A model generated the notes under the pieces. It saw only the letters and a list, made by a program, of their open reading frames with translations, made no database searches and was not told the origin of the DNA. The position numbers were made by a program, and so were the translations under genes. Of a stretch of 64,000 nt of DNA, positions 55,947-64,000 are shown in pieces. This DNA comes from Candidatus Latescibacterota bacterium (GTDB taxonomy: Bacteria; Latescibacterota; UBA2968; GCA-2709665): NCBI GenBank assembly GCA_965248435.1, contig OZ252100.1, forward strand, positions 5,056,001 through 5,120,000, written 5' to 3'. Numbering within the stretch: the first letter of the stretch is position 1; the number at the start of each line of letters is the position of its first letter.

Positions 55947-57680
55947 TCAGGAAGGGACCTTGTCGACGTGCACTTCGATCGGACTGCCATTGTGTTTAGC
56001 CGTGTCAAGGGCGCTTATTCCCTGGGAGTACAGGGCCCGCTGAAGGTCTTTCGGCGTAATCCCCTTGAGATTGTCCAGACCGGAAATCCCGATGTTGACC
56101 TTGATGGAGACGGTATCACCTTGTAGATCGAAGCGTCTGGAAGTGAGGTCTTTGTGCAAGGCTTCCGCGCGTTTGCGGAGCTGACGTTGGGGCATGCCCG
56201 GGACGACCAGGGCAAAACTGGTCCCTTCAAGGTGGCAGAGACGTTCGCCGCGCTTGATCGATTCTTTGATGCATTCCGAGAATTTCTTGATCAGAAGGTC
56301 TCCCTTCGATCGACCCAGTTTTCCATTGATCTCGATCATGCCCTCTGGAGAGATAAAGATACATCCCAGCGGCTGTCTGTTTGCGACGGCCTGTTTGAAT
56401 GCACCGGGAAGCATGACTTTGAACAGCATCACCTTGTTAGGCAGGCCGCTCACCTCAGAGATTCCCGCGAGCCTCATCCAGCGTTTGTTTTCCTCGTCCA
56501 GATGCGCAATCTTTTCCTGAAGATTACCGGACCCCGAAGCAGAAGGCGCGGGCTCAGTCACGGCAACCGGCGCCCCGGACGGAGCAGGCTCGGAAGCCTC
56601 CTCTGCGACCTGGACTTCGGTCGCCACGGAAGGGCTGGCCGCCGGTTCCTGGGCCTCGGGCGCAGGAGCGGAACTCGGCGCTTGAGGGGGGAGCCCCTCG
56701 GCGGATTGTGGTCTATCTTCGAGGCCTTTTTCCCGACGTTCTTTCAGCGCGCGCAGCTCTCTGCCCCGATCTCCCGCTTTTTCCAGAAAATCCTTGGCGC
56801 GGTTGACGGCTCCACCGACGATGTTCTTGTCGTTGATGACACTCATGCACTTCGCCATCGCCCCGCTGAAGAGACTCAGTGCTTTCTTGAAGTCCTCTTC
56901 CTGGTCCGTCAATTCGTAGACGCGATATCCGATCTCCGCGATGAGGGTCATCAACCGCATTTCGTCATCGAGACTGGCTTCCTGCAGCGAGGAGAAATTC
57001 CACTCGAAGCACGCCAGCGTCAACCGGAGTGCCCCTATCTCATCGACCGCGATCTCGGGAACCAGGGGATAGTCGCTGTTTGGTGGGAGGCCTTCTTTCC
57101 AGGGGCCGGAGGCCCTGGACAGGCAGTCGCGAATCGTTGAGCTGCCCGCGGACACGCCGAAGAGACGTTCTTCATCCCGTAAGATCCAGGCGACCCTCAA
57201 GTAGGAACGGGCGAGAATGCTCGGGGCGGGGGAACTCTTCAGGCATTCGGTAAAGATACCGAGATAGAATTGTGCCAGGAGGGTCCCGAAGACGTCTTGA
57301 GGCTGAATGCCCTTTCCCAGGGCCTGGGCGGCGTTCTGGCCGGTGTCGGCGCCCCTGGACAGGCTTTCGAGCGCATCATCGTGATACATCGCGAGATACT
57401 TGGCCGTCCCCTTTTTCTTCCACTGCCGGTAAACGGCATCGTCCAGCTGTGCCGTGTAGTAACATCGGCTGCAGCTGGCCCAGAAGTAGCTCAGCGGTGT
57501 CAGCTCGATGGGATAGTCACCCTTCTCAATCCAGGAGTATTCGAGAGGATGGCCGTCCGGTTCCTGGCTCTTTACCCGGTATATGTCCATCTTCAGCCGC
57601 GGATACCGGTTGTCGGTACCACAGGCGGGACAGGGTATGGTATAAACCCTACAGAGCTTTTGTTCTATCTCTTCGGTCAC
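55947..57680 (-). CDS. DUF2225-like (zinc-finger/helical) domain fused to a degenerate GGDEF domain
   Basis: CPAC...CSRCYY, YLRVAWILR and LIAEIGYR; Pro/Ala linker; SGLPN, INGKLGRSKGD, LEGTSF, VNIGIS and ALDTAK. Confidence 0.7.
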   Translation of the reverse strand: MTEEIEQKLCRVYTIPCPACGTDNRYPRLKMDIYRVKSQEPDGHPLEYSWIEKGDYPIELTPLSYFWASCSRCYYTAQLDDAVYRQWKKKGTAKYLAMYHDDALESLSRGADTGQNAAQALGKGIQPQDVFGTLLAQFYLGIFTECLKSSPAPSILARSYLRVAWILRDEERLFGVSAGSSTIRDCLSRASGPWKEGLPPNSDYPLVPEIAVDEIGALRLTLACFEWNFSSLQEASLDDEMRLMTLIAEIGYRVYELTDQEEDFKKALSLFSGAMAKCMSVINDKNIVGGAVNRAKDFLEKAGDRGRELRALKERREKGLEDRPQSAEGLPPQAPSSAPAPEAQEPAASPSVATEVQVAEEASEPAPSGAPVAVTEPAPSASGSGNLQEKIAHLDEENKRWMRLAGISEVSGLPNKVMLFKVMLPGAFKQAVANRQPLGCIFISPEGMIEINGKLGRSKGDLLIKKFSECIKESIKRGERLCHLEGTSFALVVPGMPQRQLRKRAEALHKDLTSRRFDLQGDTVSIKVNIGISGLDNLKGITPKDLQRALYSQGISALDTAKHNGSPIEVHVDKVPS

Positions 57681-57725
57681 TGCCTGGCTCCATACATAAG
57701 CTTAGGAAAGGGGCGATCGTCCCTT

Positions 57726-57950
57726 CTACCTTCTACCCCGCTTTGCCGACAGGAGTTCTTCCGCACGTCGCTGGGCCGCCGTCTTGGTCTGGGAGTCTGA
57801 AGGGGCCTGACCGAGGAAACGACTGGCGTTATGCAAATCCTGGGCCGAAAAGGTCCTGACGCGACCGTCTCCGAATTCCACGGCCACGGACTGCTGCGCC
57901 CCATCGTTGATCAATCTGACGTCCCGAATCTGCAGGTGTGGCGCGTCCAT
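57726..57950 (-). CDS. Small hypothetical protein
   Basis: AAGGAG RBS before ATG; fills the gap between folP and the DUF2225 gene on the same strand. Confidence 0.5.
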   Translation of the reverse strand: MDAPHLQIRDVRLINDGAQQSVAVEFGDGRVRTFSAQDLHNASRFLGQAPSDSQTKTAAQRRAEELLSAKRGRR

Positions 57951-58001
57951 TCGGCTCTCCTTGAGTGCTTTTCACAGGGTTCTGGACTGCCATGCAATCT
58001 A

Positions 58002-58913
58002 TTATCTCGGTTTGGCCTTGTCAAGTAGGTTTTGGGAGAAAGGCTTGCAGCGAACGATCTCTTCGGCCACCCGAATGGCCCGAATGGCCTCGCCTACATC
58101 GTGTACTCGAAGGATGTGGGCCCCACCCGCTACGCAAAACGCAAGCGCGGCAAGCGTGCCCTCGAGACGGTCCTTTGGCGGAAGATCCAGCGGGGCCCCG
58201 ACAAAGGTCTTTCGGGAAGGACCGAGCAGGAGCGGACGCCCCAGGGAATGAAACTCGGAGAGGCGGGAAAGGATCTCATAGTTGTGTTTGGGATGTTTGG
58301 CAAATCCAAGCCCAGGGTCCAGGATGATCTGTTCGGGTGCGATTCCGAGCGACCTGGCAGCGTCGCGGCGCTCGGCCAGAAAGCCAATGACCTCGCCGAT
58401 CAAGTCCTTATAACAGGGGTTGCTGTGCATCGTTTTGGGAGTGCCCTTCGTGTGCATCAGTACGACCGGTACTTCGGCCTCTGCCACGGTTTCTGCCATG
58501 TCCGGGTCGAACCTCAATGCGCCGATGTCGTTCACCATGGATGCACCGGCATCGAGTGCCCTCCGGGCCACTTCCGCTTTTGTGGTGTCGATGGAAATCG
58601 GGACGTGGACTCGGGATGCGACGCTTTCGACGACCGGGACGATCCGGCGGATTTCCTCTTCGGTCGATACGGGTTCTGCCCCTTCCCCGTAGGGCCCTGC
58701 CGGCCGTGTGGATTCTCCGCCCACGTCAATCAGGTCCGCTCCGGCCCCTGCCATACGTTCCGCGTGGCCAACTGCGTCTTCGACAGAGAGGTACCGACCC
58801 CCGTCCGAGAAGGAATCGGGGGTTACATTCAGGATGCCCATGACGAGGGTCCGGTCTCCGAGTTGGAGACGTCTTCCCCGGCAGGAAACTGAGTAGTGTG
58901 CTTTTGCATCCAA
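58002..58913 (-). CDS. folP: Dihydropteroate synthase
   Basis: MGILNVTPDSFSDGG, DVGGESTRP, LDPGLGFAK, SRK and RVHDV. Confidence 0.97.
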   Translation of the reverse strand: MDAKAHYSVSCRGRRLQLGDRTLVMGILNVTPDSFSDGGRYLSVEDAVGHAERMAGAGADLIDVGGESTRPAGPYGEGAEPVSTEEEIRRIVPVVESVASRVHVPISIDTTKAEVARRALDAGASMVNDIGALRFDPDMAETVAEAEVPVVLMHTKGTPKTMHSNPCYKDLIGEVIGFLAERRDAARSLGIAPEQIILDPGLGFAKHPKHNYEILSRLSEFHSLGRPLLLGPSRKTFVGAPLDLPPKDRLEGTLAALAFCVAGGAHILRVHDVGEAIRAIRVAEEIVRCKPFSQNLLDKAKPR

Positions 58914-58957
58914 CTGTCTGTCGTTCTCCGGAATGGATCGGACTCAGGCTTTGAAAC

Positions 58958-59003
58958 TAAAAAAGGATGCCAACAGCGACTCTGCCGCCCTGCCATCCTT
59001 TCC
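58958..59003 (-). terminator. Terminator-like hairpin after ftsH
   Basis: Minus strand aaggatggcagggcg...cgctgttggcatcctttttt. Confidence 0.55.
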
Positions 59004-59026
59004 TGGAAAGATTGTTGAGGTCGGCG

Positions 59027-61225
59027 CTACTGGTTTGAGGTAGGCTCCTCTCTAAGCGGGGGAGTGCCAGGGGACTTCGTTTCCCCATCCGATTTTCCGT
59101 CTCCTGAGATCTCACGTTCAGGCCGCGTCTCCGTGCTCTGAGATGTTTCCGTCTTCTTTGGCTGCCCATCACGCCTGCGCCCCCTGTTCCTGCGAGGTCG
59201 GGGCTTCTCTATCTTTTCACCACCTAACAGTTTATCCAGCTGCGAGGCGTCGAGGACTTCAAACTCGAGCAGCGTTTCCGCGAGCGTGTGGAGCATCTCG
59301 AGATTTTCCTCGAGCAGCTTTTCAGCCCGGTGCTCTGCGTTCAGCACCAGAGATTTTACTTCCGTATCGATCGTCTCCGCGGTCGTTTCGCTGTAGTCAC
59401 GACGCTGCGCCAATTCTCGCCCCAGGAAGATTTCCTCCTGGTTTTGCCCGTAGGAGAGCGGGCCCAGCCTGTCACTCATTCCCCAATCGCAGACCATATG
59501 CCTCGCGAGGGCCGTGGCCTGATTGTAGTCATTTGCGGATCCCGTCGTCACTTCCCCGAACACGATCCTCTCGGCTACCCGTCCACCCAGCGCATACGCG
59601 AGCCTGGCCAGGCAGTAACTTTTAGGATAGGTATGACGTTCGTCAATCGGCAGGTAGCTTGTGACGCCGAGCGCGCGACCCCGCGGAATGATCGTGACTT
59701 TGTGGACCGGGTCGCTTTCCGGAATGAGCCTCGCAACGAGCGCGTGTCCGGTTTCGTGGTAGGCGAGGAGTCTCTTTTCCTCGTCTGAAATCACCAGGCT
59801 GCGTCGCTCGGCCCCCATCATTACTTTGTCCTTGGCGTTTTCGAAATCATCCATCGTCACACGGGATCGATTGTAACGGGAGGCGAGGAGGGCCGCCTCG
59901 TTGACCAGGTTCGCAAGATCTGCCTGGGACAAGCCGGGGGTACCGCGCGCAAGGACTTTTACGTTGACATTTCTGGCGAGAGGGATGTTTCTCGTGTGGA
60001 CCTTCAAAACGCCCTCTCGACCCCGGATGTCGGGTCGGTCCACCACGACCTGGCGGTCGAAGCGGCCCGGCCTCAGTAGTGCCGGATCGAGCACATCGGG
60101 GCGGTTGGTTGCCGCGATGAGGATCACACCTTCCTTGGAGTCGAAGCCATCCATTTCCACGAGGAGCTGATTGAGCGTCTGTTCCCGCTCATCGTGTCCG
60201 CCACCGATGCCGGCACCGCGGTGGCGTCCTACCGCGTCGATTTCGTCGATAAAGATGATGCAGGGGGCGTTTCCCTTTCCCTGTTCGAACAGGTCCCTGA
60301 CTCTGGAGGCCCCCACGCCCACGAACATTTCAACAAAGTCGGATCCGCTCATGCTGAAGAAGGGCACGGCTGCTTCCCCTGCAACAGCCTTTGCCATGTA
60401 GGTCTTCCCGGTACCGGGAGGACCTACCAGGAGTACACCCTTGGGAATCCGCCCTCCCAGCCGCTGAAATTTTCTAGGGTCGCTCAGGAATTCGATGATT
60501 TCCTGAAGTTCCTGTTTGGCCTCTTCAGAACCCGCAACGTCTTTGAACGTGACGGTTGGTTTGTCCTCGGAGAAGAGCTTTGCCTTGCTCTTGCCAAAGC
60601 TGAACGCGCCCTTGGGGCCTCCCTGCATCTGCCGCAGAATGAAAAGCCAAAGGCCGATGAACAACAGCCAGGGCAGAAAGTTGAAGAAGACGTTCAGCCA
60701 GTTGAAGGGCTTGTCCTGAAAGCGGAAATCGACATCGTTTTCCTCCCATTCCGCGCGTGCCTCCGCGTCTACGACCCCAAGGTTGACGACGAAGGTCTCG
60801 TAGGACCGCTCAACTCCCCTTTCCACGCCATAGTAGACAGTGTCCCTCAACTTTCCGTGGAACTCGCTTTCGATGATGACGGCACTTTCGATCTTTCCAC
60901 CCTTAAGATGCTCTTTGTACTCTTTGTAGCTGATTTCTTTGATCCCAGAACTCGTGTCGCTTCCGACGAATTTGGAAGCGAGGATGGCCACGAGGAGAAA
61001 GAAGATCCAGAATGCGAGCGTTTTGGAGAACCGGCGCCAGGGTCGACCTCCACCGTCGTCAGGGGCGTCTTCGATCTTGGGAAGGTCCTGCCTCTGCGGG
61101 CGCCGGGGCCGTCCACGCCGAGGGCCTTCGCCCTCTTTGGACTCCGGCTTTCCCTGATCCTTCTGGGGCCTGGGCTTTTTCGACTGCGGTTCTTCGCCTT
61201 CCTTCTTTCTGTCCTTCTGATCCAT
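59027..61225 (-). CDS. ftsH: ATP-dependent zinc metalloprotease FtsH
   Basis: Two TMs; [34 protein letters not shown] and HETGH. Confidence 0.98.
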   Translation of the reverse strand: MDQKDRKKEGEEPQSKKPRPQKDQGKPESKEGEGPRRGRPRRPQRQDLPKIEDAPDDGGGRPWRRFSKTLAFWIFFLLVAILASKFVGSDTSSGIKEISYKEYKEHLKGGKIESAVIIESEFHGKLRDTVYYGVERGVERSYETFVVNLGVVDAEARAEWEENDVDFRFQDKPFNWLNVFFNFLPWLLFIGLWLFILRQMQGGPKGAFSFGKSKAKLFSEDKPTVTFKDVAGSEEAKQELQEIIEFLSDPRKFQRLGGRIPKGVLLVGPPGTGKTYMAKAVAGEAAVPFFSMSGSDFVEMFVGVGASRVRDLFEQGKGNAPCIIFIDEIDAVGRHRGAGIGGGHDEREQTLNQLLVEMDGFDSKEGVILIAATNRPDVLDPALLRPGRFDRQVVVDRPDIRGREGVLKVHTRNIPLARNVNVKVLARGTPGLSQADLANLVNEAALLASRYNRSRVTMDDFENAKDKVMMGAERRSLVISDEEKRLLAYHETGHALVARLIPESDPVHKVTIIPRGRALGVTSYLPIDERHTYPKSYCLARLAYALGGRVAERIVFGEVTTGSANDYNQATALARHMVCDWGMSDRLGPLSYGQNQEEIFLGRELAQRRDYSETTAETIDTEVKSLVLNAEHRAEKLLEENLEMLHTLAETLLEFEVLDASQLDKLLGGEKIEKPRPRRNRGRRRDGQPKKTETSQSTETRPEREISGDGKSDGETKSPGTPPLREEPTSNQ

Positions 61226-62685
61226 CAGAAATTCACCTTTTTATTTTTCGGAAACAGGTCCGTGGCTTGAAGCCATCCCCCTTTGAATCCAACCTCGAGG
61301 ACCTTCCTGGTCTGGTTCGTTATCGGGAAAGGTTGCGCCCTCCGAACACCCACAACCCAGAATATCGTATTCCCGCTGACCAGAAGGGGGATTTCGTCTC
61401 GGAGGGGTTCCGGAATCTTGGCGTCGATCAGGAGATCACTCAACTTTCTCGTCCCCGACATACCGTATGGGTGGAAGCGATCTCCCGACTTCCGATTCCT
61501 CAGCAGCAGGCCTTCGGGAACGGTTGAGGCATCGAAAAAGGCCCGAAGCGGTCCGGGATTGTCCAGCTGGTCCCTCACGGCATCGAGGGGCAAAACGCGG
61601 GTCTCGAGGGTGGCGCCCAGGGAGGGGATCTCCGTTTCGCCGGGAACCGAGATTTGAACCTCGAAAGGGACGGTCGGACTGGAAAGGATCAGCCAATCAG
61701 CGTTCCGACTCGCCTTGATCTCGGGCGTCACCTGGAGCGATCCCGACGGCAAAGATTGCAATTCAAAAAGGCGTTGAATGGTCTTAAAGGAGATGTCTTC
61801 TGCGGGCAGCCCGAGCCCCCGAAAAGCCTTTTGAAGCAGACGCCGCTGAATCGATATATGATAACCGAAAATCGTTGTTATATCAAGAATTATTTTCTGT
61901 TTACCGCTGTGTTCAAGCGCGTTTCTGAAGGCCTCTTCCGATAGCCCATCCAGTAGTTCATCTTCGTGTCGGAAGATGTCGGCCGTCCTCGAAAGAACCT
62001 TCTCGATCGCCGGTGAACCGTGTGCCTCGAGTCGTGGAATCAGGTCGTGTCGGATCCAGTTTCGGATGAAACGCCGGTCAAAGTTCGTCGCGTCCTGGCG
62101 CGCCTGGATACCCCTGAAGGCAACGTAGTTCTCGACCTCATCTCGGGAGGTCTGCAGCAGCGGACGGATCCAGATCCCATCACGAACCGGCCTCATCGCG
62201 CCCAGGCCCCTCCGGCCCGCCCCGCGCAGCAGCCGAAAGAGGACAGTTTCCGCCTGGTCGCTGCGGGTGTGGCCGAGTGCGATGCGCGCGCATCCGGTCT
62301 TTTCCCGGACGGTGCGGAGGAAGCGATGCCGGGCCATCCTTGCGGCCTCTTCCGGTGAACGCCCCTTGAGCGAACCATCATTCAAATCGGCCAAGCCGCT
62401 GTGACAGGGGAGGCTGAGCCGTCTGGCGAGTTCGGATACGAACTCGGCGTCTTTCTCCGACTGCTCACCTCTCAGGCCGTGATTCAGGTGGGCGATGTGC
62501 AGCGTGTGCTCAAACCGGTCTTTGAGCCTGCAGAGGAGGTCCAGCAGCGCCACTGAGTCGGGACCCCCGGAAACGGCCACGAGGACGCCTTCTCCGGGAG
62601 AGATCATCTGGTGGCCGTTGACGAACTCGCCCACTTCGACCAAGAGATCCCGTCTGTCCAGATCTGTCTGGTGTTCCCGGCTCAT
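61225..62685 (-). CDS. tilS: tRNA(Ile)-lysidine synthetase
   Basis: [15 protein letters not shown], EEAARx[16 protein letters not shown] and C-terminal GDRF...KLSDLLID. Confidence 0.95.
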   Translation of the reverse strand: MSREHQTDLDRRDLLVEVGEFVNGHQMISPGEGVLVAVSGGPDSVALLDLLCRLKDRFEHTLHIAHLNHGLRGEQSEKDAEFVSELARRLSLPCHSGLADLNDGSLKGRSPEEAARMARHRFLRTVREKTGCARIALGHTRSDQAETVLFRLLRGAGRRGLGAMRPVRDGIWIRPLLQTSRDEVENYVAFRGIQARQDATNFDRRFIRNWIRHDLIPRLEAHGSPAIEKVLSRTADIFRHEDELLDGLSEEAFRNALEHSGKQKIILDITTIFGYHISIQRRLLQKAFRGLGLPAEDISFKTIQRLFELQSLPSGSLQVTPEIKASRNADWLILSSPTVPFEVQISVPGETEIPSLGATLETRVLPLDAVRDQLDNPGPLRAFFDASTVPEGLLLRNRKSGDRFHPYGMSGTRKLSDLLIDAKIPEPLRDEIPLLVSGNTIFWVVGVRRAQPFPITNQTRKVLEVGFKGGWLQATDLFPKNKKVNF

Positions 62686-62713
62686 TTGTGGCTCTTCACT
62701 CCGGCGGCCGCAC

Positions 62714-62849
62714 AATTGCGGATTTGGGATTGCGGAATGATGGCTACTTCGACGTTCGCTATAATTGTTTCTAGTTTCTAGTTTCTAGTTCATATCAAAT
62801 CCGTCGCGAATACGCTTAACGGTTTGTCTTTCAACTCGAAACTCGAAAC
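62714..62849. repeat. Heptamer arrays upstream of tilS: GCGGATT run and an inverted pair GTTTCTA x3 / AACTCGA x2
   Basis: caattgcggatttgggattgcggaat; gtttctagtttctagtttctagtt (62767-62790) is complementary, with mismatches, to aactcgaaactcgaaac (62833-62849). Confidence 0.75.
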
Positions 62850-62850
62850 G

Positions 62851-63903
62851 CTGGATTCAATGACTAAGTGCAACACTTGGACTTGAAGACTTCAGCTGGT
62901 GTTTTGAAGTTAAGACATTTTCTTGGTCGGTTGTTGATCCGGTTCTGAATTTTCTTTAACTCGTGTTTGCTGACCTTTGAGAAGTCTGTCTTCTTGGGGA
63001 GGTATCTGCGGACCAGACCGATAGCGTTTTCCACAGCGCCTCGCTCCCAGCTGTGGAACGGTTTGCAGAAATAGGATTTGGTGCCAAGCACCTCGTTGAC
63101 CCGTTGATGTTGGCCGTTTTCGGATCCGTTGTCATATGTGATGCTCTTCCTCATGTGGGGAGGATGTCGCCCAAGGCGTCGATTAATCGCTTCGGCGACC
63201 TCCGAGGGTCCGTTCTTTGCCAGCTTAGCCAGGTGTAGGTATCTCGACGATCGCTCAAGACAAGCGCCAACGGCCTGTTTGCTCTCACGAGAGATGATGG
63301 TGTCGGATTCCCAGTGGCCAGGTTGTTTCCGTTTTTCGATGTAACGGGGACGTCGATCGATCGAAATACGGCCTGGAATGTGGCTTTCCCGGTGTTTTCG
63401 GGTATGCCACCGCGGCTTTCGTTTTTTGTGAGCTCGGGATAAGCAAGCAACCAGATCCCGCTGCTTGTGCACCTTTGGATCGTAGATATACTGGTAGATG
63501 GCTTCGTGGCTGATACCCGCGCTCGGACGCTCCTCGGGAAGCCTCCCAGCGATCAACTCGGGAGACCATCCTTGCTTGAGTTTGGTCTCGACATATCGCC
63601 GGATAACCGGATTCTTCAGCCGTTTCCGCTTGCCGGCCTCCCGCTTACGTTTCTCAGCCCTTCTGTGAGCCTGGAGGCCCGAGTAACTCTCAGCTATCGG
63701 GGACGGATTACGTTTCAACTCTCTTGAAATCGTGCTGGCGCTCCGGTCAAGGGCCTTGGCAATATCTCTAAGGCTTGCACCAGTGGCTCGACAAAGCGCA
63801 ATCTGCTCGCGTTCGTCTATCGTAAGATGCTTGTAATTGTTTCCCATACACTTAGGATAGGACAGTTGCTACCCTAAGTGTTGCACTTCCTTATTGAACT
63901 CGG
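62851..63903 (-). mobile_element. IS30 family insertion sequence
   Basis: Imperfect terminal IRs TTCAATgactAAGTGCAACACTT (62856-62878) and AAGTGTTGCACTTccttATTGAA (63876-63898) enclosing a transposase; exact outer ends uncertain. Confidence 0.9.
62864..63847 (-). CDS. IS30 family transposase
   Basis: HLTIDEREQI HTH, STISRELKRN, WSPELI, GHWESDT, TYDNGSE, WERGAVEN and NNRPRKCL. Confidence 0.95.
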   Translation of the reverse strand: MGNNYKHLTIDEREQIALCRATGASLRDIAKALDRSASTISRELKRNPSPIAESYSGLQAHRRAEKRKREAGKRKRLKNPVIRRYVETKLKQGWSPELIAGRLPEERPSAGISHEAIYQYIYDPKVHKQRDLVACLSRAHKKRKPRWHTRKHRESHIPGRISIDRRPRYIEKRKQPGHWESDTIISRESKQAVGACLERSSRYLHLAKLAKNGPSEVAEAINRRLGRHPPHMRKSITYDNGSENGQHQRVNEVLGTKSYFCKPFHSWERGAVENAIGLVRRYLPKKTDFSKVSKHELKKIQNRINNRPRKCLNFKTPAEVFKSKCCT

Positions 63904-63914
63904 GAACTGCCTTT

Positions 63915-63938
63915 GCGAGATACGAGATACGAGATACG
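63915..63938 (+). repeat. GAGATAC heptamer x3
   Basis: gcgagatacgagatacgagatacg; same unit as at 50341-50489. Confidence 0.75.
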
Positions 63939-64000
63939 TTCCTTGTCCAGTGAGACTCCGGCTGCCCCCGAGCGGTTTCGTTAAAATCTGGTCTTGCGGC

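Noticed and set aside
1-64000. tRNA/rRNA genes, prophage or integrase
   Set aside because: No cloverleaf/T-loop signature, rRNA-like segment, phage structural gene or recombinase was recognised by eye; tRNAscan-SE was not run

Overview
GC-rich (roughly 60% by eye) chromosomal window from a diderm bacterium; it has lipoproteins, a beta-barrel porin and sigma54-type promoters. The style suggests FCB-group/Latescibacterota-like lineages, but that is inference. It is mostly housekeeping: scpA-scpB-(rluB::cmk fusion)-plsC-rpsA-mtaB-epimerase; mutS; rel/spoT; a cobalamin-riboswitch-controlled btuD-F-C-like ABC operon; a phosphate/polyphosphate cluster (cNMP-binding protein, Na/Pi symporter, phoU, CHAD, ppk1, ppx, porin); coxD/coxE/xdhC; trxA, holA, purM; tilS-ftsH-folP; and an IS30 element at the right end. 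I found no tRNA, rRNA or CRISPR array. The most unusual signal is non-coding. A four-helix-bundle (TIGR02436/23S-IVP/Avd-like) gene sits between a TPR gene and mutS, bracketed by inverted arrays of an 8-bp repeat. The same array-spacer-inverted-array design recurs without any gene in many intergenic regions, using several different 7-mers. One of these is a GGTACC-rich dispersed element (at least 8 copies) that is tripled in a 175/176-bp tandem array. Other notable items are a sigma54-driven array of three paralogous double-cysteine lipoproteins, a DUF2225 plus degenerate-GGDEF fusion, a repeat-expanded acidic S1 tail and a degenerate transglycosylase. All assignments come from motif recognition by eye; no searches were run.
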